Numbered from the stretch's first letter, positions 26,969-34,546 are shown. The stretch is DNA of 64,000 bases from Vicinamibacterales bacterium (GCA_041659285.1 JBAZYO010000005.1:83188-147187), one strand, 5' to 3'. The notes: generated by a model from the sequence alone, not told the origin. Numbers and translations: made by a program.

Positions 26969-28372
26969 TTACTCTTCGCGCTTGCGAGGCTTGCCGGTCG
27001 AGCGGGCGCGAATGGTCGCCTTGACGCGCGTCCACTTCGCCTTCTTCGCGTCCTTGTACTTCTGCTTCGGATCGACGTGCTCGCCGCCGGGACGCCACTT
27101 GTCGTCGCGCTTGACTTCGATGCCGAGTGATTTCTTGTACTCGGCCTTGGGAACCCACTTCCGCTTTGGCGTATCGCCGGATTCGCTCTTCGCAAAGCCT
27201 GCGTTCGGTCCGCCAGGACGCGCGGCGCCCTTGGGCGTCCAGGTCGGCCTGTCACTCTGGCGGCCCGTGGAGGGCCGCCCTTCTGGCACATCACCCTTGG
27301 GCGTGTACGACTTCGGCCTGAACGTCGCGCGGGCTTGCTCGCGCGGAGATCCCTTGGGCTTCCAATCGGGCTTGTCGTCTCGGCGGCCCGTGAAGGGCCG
27401 CCCTTCTGACACGGGGCCCTTCTCGCGTTTCATTCCGGGCTTCTCGCCCCAGCCGGTGCTGTGGCCCGCCTCCTTCGGCTTGAACGTGCCCTTGGGCTTC
27501 CATTCCGGCTTGCGGTCACTGCGCGCCTGCCCCGCCGAAGCGGCGGGTTTCCACGCAGGCTTGCCGCCCGCATCGCCCTTGGGCTTCCATGCGGGTCTAC
27601 CGTCGGAAGCCTTGGCGAAGGAGGGTTTGTCGCCCTTCGGGGTCCACGTGGGTTTGTCGCCCCCACCGGACCGATGGCCCGCCTCTGCAGGCTTGAATGT
27701 GCCCTTGGGCTTCCATTCCGGCTTCTCGTCCCGAGAAGCCGGCCTCGCCGAAGCCTTGGCGGAGGCGGGCGTCCATTCGGGTTTGTCGCCCTTCGGGGTC
27801 CACGCAGACTTCTCGTCACGGCGGCCCGTAAAGGGCCGCCCTTCTGGCACGGCGTCCTTCGAGCGTGGTTTCCACCCGGGCTTGTCGGCAGCATCGCCCT
27901 TGGGTTTCCATTCGGGTTTACCCTCCGAAGCCTTGGCGAAGGAGGGTTTATCGCCCTTCGGGGTCCACGTGGGTTTGTCGCCTGCGTCGTCCTTTGACAT
28001 CCACGCGGGCTTGTCGCCGCGGGGGGCCGGCCGCGCCGTAGTCTTGGCGGAGAACGAGGACCTGGTCTTCCAGTCCGGCTTGGCGTTCCACGCGCGTTCG
28101 GGTCTCTCGCTCCGACTGACGCCGGAGGCGGCATTGTCGGAACCCTGCCGAGGGTCCTTCTCGCGGCCGCGGGCGCCGCGCGCGCGCATGAAGTCTTGCG
28201 CGTCGTTGCGCGAAGGCCACAGCTGGCCGTTCTGGAACCACTTGAGCTCGGCGGTGGGCTGCTTCTCCTTCAAGCGGTTGAAGGTCGGCATGATGTCTTC
28301 GAGAGAACCGGAGCGGAAGGCCGTGGGCTGGCCGTCCACGAGGATGGTCCAGTAAGCGTAGCGTGGTGGCAT
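26969..28372 (-). CDS. Lys/Pro/Trp-rich tandem-repeat protein, hypothetical
   Basis: N-terminal domain 'MPPRYAYWTILVDGQPTAFRS...LKWFQNGQLWPS', then 11 exact K-P-x-W units plus variants. Third codon positions are G/C-rich on this strand and T-rich on the opposite ORF. Confidence 0.75.
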   Translation of the reverse strand: MPPRYAYWTILVDGQPTAFRSGSLEDIMPTFNRLKEKQPTAELKWFQNGQLWPSRNDAQDFMRARGARGREKDPRQGSDNAASGVSRSERPERAWNAKPDWKTRSSFSAKTTARPAPRGDKPAWMSKDDAGDKPTWTPKGDKPSFAKASEGKPEWKPKGDAADKPGWKPRSKDAVPEGRPFTGRRDEKSAWTPKGDKPEWTPASAKASARPASRDEKPEWKPKGTFKPAEAGHRSGGGDKPTWTPKGDKPSFAKASDGRPAWKPKGDAGGKPAWKPAASAGQARSDRKPEWKPKGTFKPKEAGHSTGWGEKPGMKREKGPVSEGRPFTGRRDDKPDWKPKGSPREQARATFRPKSYTPKGDVPEGRPSTGRQSDRPTWTPKGAARPGGPNAGFAKSESGDTPKRKWVPKAEYKKSLGIEVKRDDKWRPGGEHVDPKQKYKDAKKAKWTRVKATIRARSTGKPRKREE

Positions 28373-28450
28373 TTCTTGATCTCGTGAGCTGGTGAGCTCG
28401 TGATCGATCTGGTGCACGGCAGATCTGGTGAACGGGTGATCGATCTGCGG
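28373..28450. repeat. octamer-periodic, GATC-dense repeat array in a divergent promoter region
   Basis: 'ctcgtgag ctggtgag ctcgtgat cgatctggtg ... atctggtg aacgggtg atcgatct'. Six GATC sites lie between 28378 and 28445. Confidence 0.7.
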
Positions 28451-28482
28451 AACGCGAGACCTACGAAGTATGCTAACCCGGA

Positions 28483-29190
28483 ATGGAGCTGGTGGTAGCC
28501 CGGATCGACGAGCTCCGCCCGCGGCTCACCGAGGCGTTCGAACGGTGGGCAAACGAGCGAGAAGGGCAGCAAAGCTGCGCTTTATCAGGTGGCCCGACGG
28601 CGCTGATTTTCCTCGGCGCGCTTAGAAACGCCAACGTGGACTGGTCGAAAATCTCGCTGTTCTGGGCCGATGAGCGCGCCGTGCCCGCCAGCGACCCGGA
28701 TTCGAACTACGGTATCGCCGACCGCATGCTGCTGGGGCCGCTCGGCGCCAAGGCGCCGCGGGCCTTCCCGATGCCCTTCGACTCCGCTCAGGGCGAGGCC
28801 GGCGAAGTGAGCCTGCGGACGGCGGCAATGAAGTACGACACCCTGCTCGCGGGCGAGCTGCGGAGCAACGGCATGGACCTCGCGCTGCTCGGCGTCGGTG
28901 AAGACGGCCACATCTGTTCGCTCTTTCCCGGCCACCGCGCGCTGATGGCCGACGACCTGCGCGTGGTCGCCGTCGAAGACGCCCCCAAGCCGCCGCCGCG
29001 CCGCCTCACGCTGTCGCTGCCGTTCGTGCTGCGCACGAAGAAGATCTGGCTGATCGCCGTCGGCCCGCGCAAGCTGCCCGTGCTGCACGCCGCGTTATCG
29101 CGGACCCAGCGCACCACACCGCTTGACTTGCTGCTGCACCAGGCGAAGGACGTGACGGTGTTCACCGACCAGATCATTCGGCGCGCCTAG
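28483..29190 (+). CDS. pgl: 6-phosphogluconolactonase
   Basis: 'ALSGGPTA', 'FWADERAV' and 'LLGVGEDGHICSLFPGH'. Confidence 0.85.
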   Translation: MELVVARIDELRPRLTEAFERWANEREGQQSCALSGGPTALIFLGALRNANVDWSKISLFWADERAVPASDPDSNYGIADRMLLGPLGAKAPRAFPMPFDSAQGEAGEVSLRTAAMKYDTLLAGELRSNGMDLALLGVGEDGHICSLFPGHRALMADDLRVVAVEDAPKPPPRRLTLSLPFVLRTKKIWLIAVGPRKLPVLHAALSRTQRTTPLDLLLHQAKDVTVFTDQIIRRA

Positions 29191-29191
29191 G

Positions 29192-29238
29192 GTCCGGCTG
29201 AAGCCGGACGCTACATCGTTTACATCCGCTACATCCGC
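29192..29238 (-). repeat. GTAG-capped hairpin (REP-like) plus tandem ATGTAG boxes
   Basis: The minus strand reads 'cggATGTAGcggATGTAAacgATGTAGcg TCCGGC ttca GCCGGA c'. This fills the whole gap between the convergent pgl and activator genes. Confidence 0.7.
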
Positions 29239-30626
29239 TTCAGTTTCTCAACCAGCGTCGTCCGCTTCAGGCCGAGCAGCCGGGCTGCGGCGCCCTTGTT
29301 GTGGCTCGTGCGCGCGAGGGCGCGCTCAATCAAATCCTTCTCGATCTGCGCGACCACGGCCGGCAGGTCGATCCCCTGCTCCGGCAGATCCATCGCCGGC
29401 GCGACGACGTCTTCGGCAACGGCCTGGAGATCCGGCGGCAGGTCGGTGACCTCGATCTGCGAGCGGCCACCGAGCATGGCCAGTGCGCGCTCGATCGCGT
29501 TTTCCAGCTGACGGACGTTGCCCGGCCACGGGAACGACATCAGTCGTCTCATTGCCTCTTGCGAGACCTGGATTTCGTGATTTGGCGATTTGGTGATCTC
29601 GCGATTTGAGAATTTGGTGATCTCTCGACTTGAGAACTTGGTGAGAAAGCTCCGCACCAGCAGTGGGATGTCGTCGGGGCGCTCGCGCAGCGGCGTGAGC
29701 TGCACGGCGATCACGTTCAGGCGGTAGTACAGGTCCTCGCGGAAGGTGCCGTCCTTCACCATCTTCAGTAAGTCGGCGTTGGTCGCGGCGACAATGCGGA
29801 CGTCTACCTTGATGGTGCGGTTGTCGCCAACGCGCTCGAACTCGCGCTCCTGCAGCACGCGCAGCATCTTCATCTGCAACGCCATGGGCATGGTGCCCAC
29901 TTCGTCGAGGAACAGCGTGCCCTTGTCGGCCTGCTCGAGACGGCCCTGCCGCATGGCCACCGCGCCGGTGAAGGCGCCGCGAGCGTGGCCGAACAACTCG
30001 GCATCGAGCAGCGTCTCGGGAATCGCGCTGACGTTGATGGCGACGAACCGCTCGCGATGACGCGGGCTGGTCTGATGGATCGCGCGCGCGACCATCTCCT
30101 TGCCGGTGCCGGTCTCGCCGCTGATCAGGATCGTGGCCGTGGTCGGCGCCACCGTCTCGATCAGCTGGAACAACGCGCGCATCGCCGCACTCTTGCCGAC
30201 CATCGAACCCAGGCCGAAGCGCTCGTCGAGCTGCTGATGCAGGTAGGCGTTCTCGCTCTTCAACCGCCTCTGCTCGAGCGCGGAGGTGAGCACGTGCATC
30301 AACTCGTCGAACTGAAACGGCTTGGCAATGAAGTCGGCGGCGCCGAGCTTAATCAGGTCCACGGCGTCTTTCACGGTGCCGTAGCCGGTGACGACGATGG
30401 CGACAATGCCGGGGTAGCGGGTGAGGGCGGCGTCGATGACCTCGCGGCCGTTGACGCCGGGCAGGCGGAGGTCCGAGACGATGACGTCGAAGGCGAAGCC
30501 GTCGAGCGCCTTGATGGCAGACTCGCCGTCGGCGGCCTGGACCACCTCGAAGCCTTCGTCTGTAAGTCGTTCAGCTACAACACTTCTGAGGCCTTCCTCA
30601 TCGTCTACCAGTAGCAGGTGGGGCAT
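29229..30626 (-). CDS. sigma-54-dependent response regulator (NtrC family)
   Basis: REC domain 'LLLVDDEEGLR...DLRLPG', AAA+ motifs 'GETGTGKE' and 'GAFTGA', and a C-terminal Fis-type HTH. ATG 30626 is preferred over 30695. Confidence 0.9.
   Translation of the reverse strand: MPHLLLVDDEEGLRSVVAERLTDEGFEVVQAADGESAIKALDGFAFDVIVSDLRLPGVNGREVIDAALTRYPGIVAIVVTGYGTVKDAVDLIKLGAADFIAKPFQFDELMHVLTSALEQRRLKSENAYLHQQLDERFGLGSMVGKSAAMRALFQLIETVAPTTATILISGETGTGKEMVARAIHQTSPRHRERFVAINVSAIPETLLDAELFGHARGAFTGAVAMRQGRLEQADKGTLFLDEVGTMPMALQMKMLRVLQEREFERVGDNRTIKVDVRIVAATNADLLKMVKDGTFREDLYYRLNVIAVQLTPLRERPDDIPLLVRSFLTKFSSREITKFSNREITKSPNHEIQVSQEAMRRLMSFPWPGNVRQLENAIERALAMLGGRSQIEVTDLPPDLQAVAEDVVAPAMDLPEQGIDLPAVVAQIEKDLIERALARTSHNKGAAARLLGLKRTTLVEKLKRM
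29571..29642. repeat. nine tandem octamers (GATTTGGT family) inside the activator coding sequence
   Basis: 'gatttcgt gatttggc gatttggt gatctcgc gatttgag aatttggt gatctctc gacttgag aacttggt'. Confidence 0.8.
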
Positions 30627-30664
30627 GGATGTCAGAATATTGACGGGCCACCGAGGGGATGTCA

Positions 30665-30698
30665 AGCCACAGAAGGACAGCCACAGATTAGCCACAGA
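30665..30698. promoter_or_regulatory. three direct repeats AGCCACAGA in a divergent intergenic region
   Basis: Copies at 30665-30673, 30679-30687 and 30690-30698. Confidence 0.4.
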
Positions 30699-30760
30699 TC
30701 AGGCGCAGAACGGCTCCTTCACACGGGTGGGCTTGACTGCACACCTAATCTCATTGTGAC

Positions 30761-30786
30761 AGCCTCCGATACAACCTTTGGAGGCT
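30761..30786 (+). promoter_or_regulatory. hairpin sequestering the Shine-Dalgarno of the HTH gene
   Basis: 'agcctcc' at 30761-30767 pairs with 'ggaggct' at 30780-30786 (7 bp, 12-nt loop). GGAGG lies 8 nt before GTG 30793. Confidence 0.4.
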
Positions 30787-30990
30787 AACCCCGTGGAACG
30801 GCAAACAGTGAGCATCATGAAGGCGTGCGAGATGGTCGGCGTCAGCCGGCGTACCATCTACAACTGGATCGCGGCGAACAAGGTGGAGTATCTGCGCACG
30901 GCCGGTGGCAGCATCCGCATTTTCGTGGATACGTTGTGGCGCGAGCCCGATGGAACCAAGCACCCGAACAGTCCCAACGCCGCGGCGTAG
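30778..30990 (+). CDS. excisionase/MerR-type helix-turn-helix DNA-binding protein
   Basis: 'VSIMKACEMVGVSRRTIYNWIAANKVEYLRTAGGSIRI'. The true start is more likely GTG 30793. Confidence 0.7.
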   Translation: MEANPVERQTVSIMKACEMVGVSRRTIYNWIAANKVEYLRTAGGSIRIFVDTLWREPDGTKHPNSPNAAA

Positions 30991-30991
30991 A

Positions 30992-31015
30992 GCCGCCCAC
31001 AAGGGGCGGCCCTAC
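30992..31015 (-). repeat. GTAG-capped hairpin (REP-like), GCCGCCC stem variant
   Basis: 'gccgccc acaag gggcggc cctac', immediately after the TAG of the HTH gene. Confidence 0.55.
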
Positions 31016-31047
31016 TAGAGAAAGACTACGAGAGAGCAACAAGCACC

Positions 31048-31239
31048 ATGACTTCCGTTGACTCGAAAGAGCTGCTGCACAGGCTGAACAACCAGCTCGG
31101 CGTGATTCTGGCGCACGCCGAGTTGCTCGAGACCAAGGCACAAGACGCCGCGCAAAAGGCGCGCGCGTCGCGGGTGGTCAACGCCGCGCTCCAGGCCATG
31201 GCCGTGTCGCGCGAGCTGCGCGAAACGGTCGCGGACTAG
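31048..31239 (+). CDS. 63-aa helical protein resembling an isolated histidine-kinase DHp/H-box
   Basis: 'ELLHRLNNQLGVILAHAELLE' compared with the H-box 'VAHELNNPLATILSWAERL' of the kinase at 32459..34000. No ATPase domain. Confidence 0.55.
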   Translation: MTSVDSKELLHRLNNQLGVILAHAELLETKAQDAAQKARASRVVNAALQAMAVSRELRETVAD

Positions 31240-31517
31240 CCGGTTCGCGGCTCCCGACCAGAATCGTATTCCCCCCCACGAAAATACCAGTTACGCCAAA
31301 AATTTGACTATCGACGCTGCGATACAGTCAAAACATTGACAGACATTGCAGCACTTCGAGGCGCCACCTTGCGCCGTCCGGAGTGAGCACATCCGTGTAA
31401 CTGACTGACTTATCAGCAACTTAGAATTGCCGGCGGCCTGAAGTGCACGCCGTTGACCACCCTGACACGGCTCAGGCATCACCTTTGCCTTAGGGCAGGC
31501 AACGGAGAAGCTTGAAC

Positions 31518-32633
31518 ATGACCCCGACGCCTGATGTAGCCAACCCTCGTGTGGAAGCCGGCCTGCCCTTTGTGGAGGCGCTGGCCCGCCGCATGGCGGC
31601 CACCATGCCGCACTCGATCGACCTCAGCGATCTCGTCCAGGACGGCGTGATCGGCCTGATCGACGCCGCGCACCGGTTCGACGACTCGAGGGGCATCAAG
31701 TTCGAGACGTTCGCGGAGCGCCGCATTCGCGGGGCGATGATCGACGCGCTGCGCAAGGACGCCTGGCCGCGCGGCGTGCGCCGCGTCCGCCGCGAGCTGG
31801 AGGCGGCCCGCGAGAAGCTGCGCAAGTCGCTGGGACACGAGCCGTCGCTCGCCGATCTCGCCCTGGAGATCGGCTCCGACGAAAAGCGCCTGGGCAAGAC
31901 CATCGTCCGCATCAACACCATTGAATCGACGTCGCCGTTCTCGAGCGCCGAGAACGTGGACGAATCGCAGCTGCCGGCCGTGATGGTGCCGGCCGAGCCC
32001 GAACGTCCCGACCTGCAGTACGAACGGGATGAAGTGAAGGCGCGCGTGCGCAACGCCATTGCCACGCTGCCGCCGCGAGAGCAGCGCGTGATCGCGCTCT
32101 ACTACTACAACGAAGTGACCATGAAGGACATTGGCGCCGAACTGGGCGTCAACGAGTCGCGCGTGTCGCAGTTGCACGCCCGCGCCATCAAGCGGATGCG
32201 CGAAGCGCTCGGCGCCGAGATCACGCCGATCGCGGCGTCGCAGGCGTTGCGGGAAGCGTTCATGGCCTTCGAGATGCCGGCCAGCCACAAGGAAGTGGCG
32301 GCGTCGACCCTGGAACGGGTGGCCGCGACCGCGAAGCCGTCCACCTTCGCGCGTTGCGCTTCGGCGGACAAGAAGATGGCGAAAGCTTCGCTTCCCGAGT
32401 CCGACACCCGGGTGCCACACGCCGCCCAGAAGCGAGCCGGACTGGTGTTGGTTTCGAATCAGGACAACGTGTCGCGGGCGGCGCGGAGCAAGTCGCCCAG
32501 CCTGAAAGGCTTGGAGAGCCAGCGGCAGGCGGTCTCTTCGAGGAAGCGCTCGGCGTCGGTGCCGGCCACATCCCCGGTGACGAAGATCACCCGGCGCGCC
32601 AGTGCGGGGGTGGCCGCGGCCATCGCGCGGTAG
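31518..32633 (+). CDS. FliA/WhiG-type sigma-70 family sigma factor with ~125-aa C-terminal extension
   Basis: Region 2 'DLVQDGVIGLIDAAHRFDDSRGIKFETFAERRIRGAMIDALRK'. Region 4 'LPPREQRVIALYYYNEVTMKDIGAELGVNESRVSQLHARAIKRM'. GGAGA lies 9 nt before ATG 31518. Confidence 0.8.
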   Translation: MTPTPDVANPRVEAGLPFVEALARRMAATMPHSIDLSDLVQDGVIGLIDAAHRFDDSRGIKFETFAERRIRGAMIDALRKDAWPRGVRRVRRELEAAREKLRKSLGHEPSLADLALEIGSDEKRLGKTIVRINTIESTSPFSSAENVDESQLPAVMVPAEPERPDLQYERDEVKARVRNAIATLPPREQRVIALYYYNEVTMKDIGAELGVNESRVSQLHARAIKRMREALGAEITPIAASQALREAFMAFEMPASHKEVAASTLERVAATAKPSTFARCASADKKMAKASLPESDTRVPHAAQKRAGLVLVSNQDNVSRAARSKSPSLKGLESQRQAVSSRKRSASVPATSPVTKITRRASAGVAAAIAR

Positions 32634-34000
32634 AACTGCATGCCGTCGATGCGCGGCATCTTCAGGTCGCACACGATCAGGTCGTAGTCGGCTTCGGTGA
32701 GGCGGGTCAGGCCCTCCTCGCCGTCGCCGGCGCGATCGACGGTGAAGCCGGCGTCTTCCAACGCCTCCGCCACCGCCACCGCCAGCGCCGGCTCGTCTTC
32801 CACTACCAGCACGCGAAGTCCCTTGAACGCCTCGAGTGAGATCGGCTGCTGCGCGGCGCGCGCGGCCGGCGCGTTCAGGTGTTGCCCCGAGACCGGCAGC
32901 TCCACGAAGAACGAGGTGCCCGCCTTCGCGCTCCGCGCTTCGGCGGGGCCCTTCGGGCCGCCGACCGGCGTCGACTCGAGCCAGATGCGTCCGCTGTGCT
33001 CCTGCACGATCGCGTAGGCCACGGTGAGGCCGAGGCCGGTGCCTTGCCCGACTTCTTTCGTCGTGAAGAAGGGATCGAATACCCGGCCCTGCTTCTCCTC
33101 CGACACCCCCGGCCCATCGTCACTGACCTCGAGCACGGCGGAGCCGCGGTCCTGGTCGTGCGAGGTGCGCACGACGATGGTGCCGCGGCCGTTGGCGCCG
33201 ATGCAGGCCTGCTCGGCGTTGATCAGGAGGTTGAGCAGCACCTGCTTGATCTGGTGGCCGTCGGCAAACACCTCGGGCAGCCCGCCGGCGAGCGCCTCCA
33301 CCATCTGGATGTTGGTGACCTTCTGCTCGTAGGCGCGCAGCGCCAGCGTTTCGCGGACCACCTGGTTGAGATCGACCATGGCCCGCGTGGTCTGCCGCTT
33401 GCGCGCGAAGGTGAGCAGGTTGCGGACGATGCGGGCGGCGCGTTCCGATTCGGCGAGGATCACTTCGAGACCCTGGCGGGTCTTGTCGTCCACGCCTTTC
33501 CGTTCGGAGAGGCGTTCCGCCCACGACAGGATGGTGGCGAGCGGATTGTTCAGCTCGTGCGCGACGCCCGAAATGGTCTGGCCGAGCGCGGCCATCTTCT
33601 CCGCCTGCAGCATCTGGTAGCGGCCGTCGCGCGACTGGTCGTCCAGCTTCTTGCGCTCGCTGACGTCGCGGATGAACGCCTCGACGCGCAACTCGTTGCC
33701 CTGCGCGGCGTGCGCGGCGCTCGCCGTCACTTCCACCCATATGGGTGCGCCATCGACGCGGCGCAAGCGGAGCAGGTGATCGTTGACGAGGCCCTCGCGA
33801 TCGAGGCGCTCGACGAAGATGGTGCGCGCCTGCGGATCGACGAAGCGCGAGACGTCGAACGGTTGAACGAGATGTTCAGCGGTCTCCGGCGGGTAGCCGA
33901 AGATCGCCTTCAGGTGGGGATTGGCGGAGAGCGTTGAAGTGCTGGCCGCCCCGAGGGTGCCGATGTAGACGCCCTCGCGAACGGCCTGGAACACATCCAC
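32459..34000 (-). CDS. PAS sensor hybrid histidine kinase (PAS-HisKA-HATPase-REC)
   Basis: 'VAHELNNPLATIL', 'DDGPGV', 'GTGLGL' and REC 'VLVVEDEPALA...DLKMPRIDG'. GTG start. Confidence 0.9.
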   Translation of the reverse strand: MDVFQAVREGVYIGTLGAASTSTLSANPHLKAIFGYPPETAEHLVQPFDVSRFVDPQARTIFVERLDREGLVNDHLLRLRRVDGAPIWVEVTASAAHAAQGNELRVEAFIRDVSERKKLDDQSRDGRYQMLQAEKMAALGQTISGVAHELNNPLATILSWAERLSERKGVDDKTRQGLEVILAESERAARIVRNLLTFARKRQTTRAMVDLNQVVRETLALRAYEQKVTNIQMVEALAGGLPEVFADGHQIKQVLLNLLINAEQACIGANGRGTIVVRTSHDQDRGSAVLEVSDDGPGVSEEKQGRVFDPFFTTKEVGQGTGLGLTVAYAIVQEHSGRIWLESTPVGGPKGPAEARSAKAGTSFFVELPVSGQHLNAPAARAAQQPISLEAFKGLRVLVVEDEPALAVAVAEALEDAGFTVDRAGDGEEGLTRLTEADYDLIVCDLKMPRIDGMQFYRAMAAATPALARRVIFVTGDVAGTDAERFLEETACRWLSKPFRLGDLLRAARDTLS

Positions 34001-34003
34001 GCG

Positions 34004-34546
34004 CTACTTCTTCGGTGGAAACGGAGTGGGCGTGCGGTTTGCCACGTTGGCCGCCCACCGTTTTTCGATGGCGTTGCGAATCGCGACGACGTCGGCGCCC
34101 GAGGAGTAGAGCTGCATGGCTTCACGCGCCACGTCCACGCAGATGGTGCAGCCGAAGCCGTGGGTGTCCCACTCCAGCACGTTGCCCTTGGCGTCGCGCC
34201 GCGCGATGAAGCACGACTCGTTGGCCGAGTGGCCGTCGGCGCCGCAGCCGCAGTAGCACGGGACGTACTTCAGGATTTCGGGGTGCTGCGCGGCGAAGTC
34301 GTAGGTGGCGCGGATAATGTCCATCGGCCGCACGGGGGCAAAGCCCATGGCCGGCAGCGGCGGCGTGGTCTTGCGGACGAACAAGGGGCCGCCCTTGACT
34401 GCCTGGCCCGCCGGCCTGGGGCTCGAGGCCTGCTTGTCCGCCGTAGCTTCAGCGGAGGCGGAGCTTGCGGCAAGGGCCACGGTGGCGACCAGAGCCAGCA
34501 CAGCCATACCGAGCAGAACAGTTACAGATTTGCCCTTGGCATTCAT
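34004..34546 (-). CDS. PCYCGC-motif protein, secreted or membrane-anchored
   Basis: Literal 'VPCYCGCGADGH' motif plus 'GFGCTICVD'. Signal/anchor 'VTVLLGMAVLALVATVALAA'. Its stop lies 3 nt before the kinase start. Confidence 0.75.
   Translation of the reverse strand: MNAKGKSVTVLLGMAVLALVATVALAASSASAEATADKQASSPRPAGQAVKGGPLFVRKTTPPLPAMGFAPVRPMDIIRATYDFAAQHPEILKYVPCYCGCGADGHSANESCFIARRDAKGNVLEWDTHGFGCTICVDVAREAMQLYSSGADVVAIRNAIEKRWAANVANRTPTPFPPKK

Noticed and set aside
26793-28355. 520-aa plus-strand ORF opposite the Lys/Pro/Trp repeat protein
   Set aside because: Third codon positions are T-rich on this strand and G/C-rich on the minus strand. The minus-strand protein has ordered N- and C-terminal domains and is operonic with the Dabb gene.
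30778-30990. Excisionase-type HTH as a marker of an integrated mobile element
   Set aside because: There is no integrase, att-like repeats, tRNA gene or phage/conjugation genes in the vicinity. It is treated as a stand-alone regulator.
31291-31482. 63-aa minus-strand ORF with a Cys-rich end ('SKCCNVCQCFDC') as a RiPP precursor
   Set aside because: It lies in the AT-richer leader of the sigma factor gene. It has no ribosome-binding site, no neighbouring maturation or export genes, and a composition that looks non-coding.
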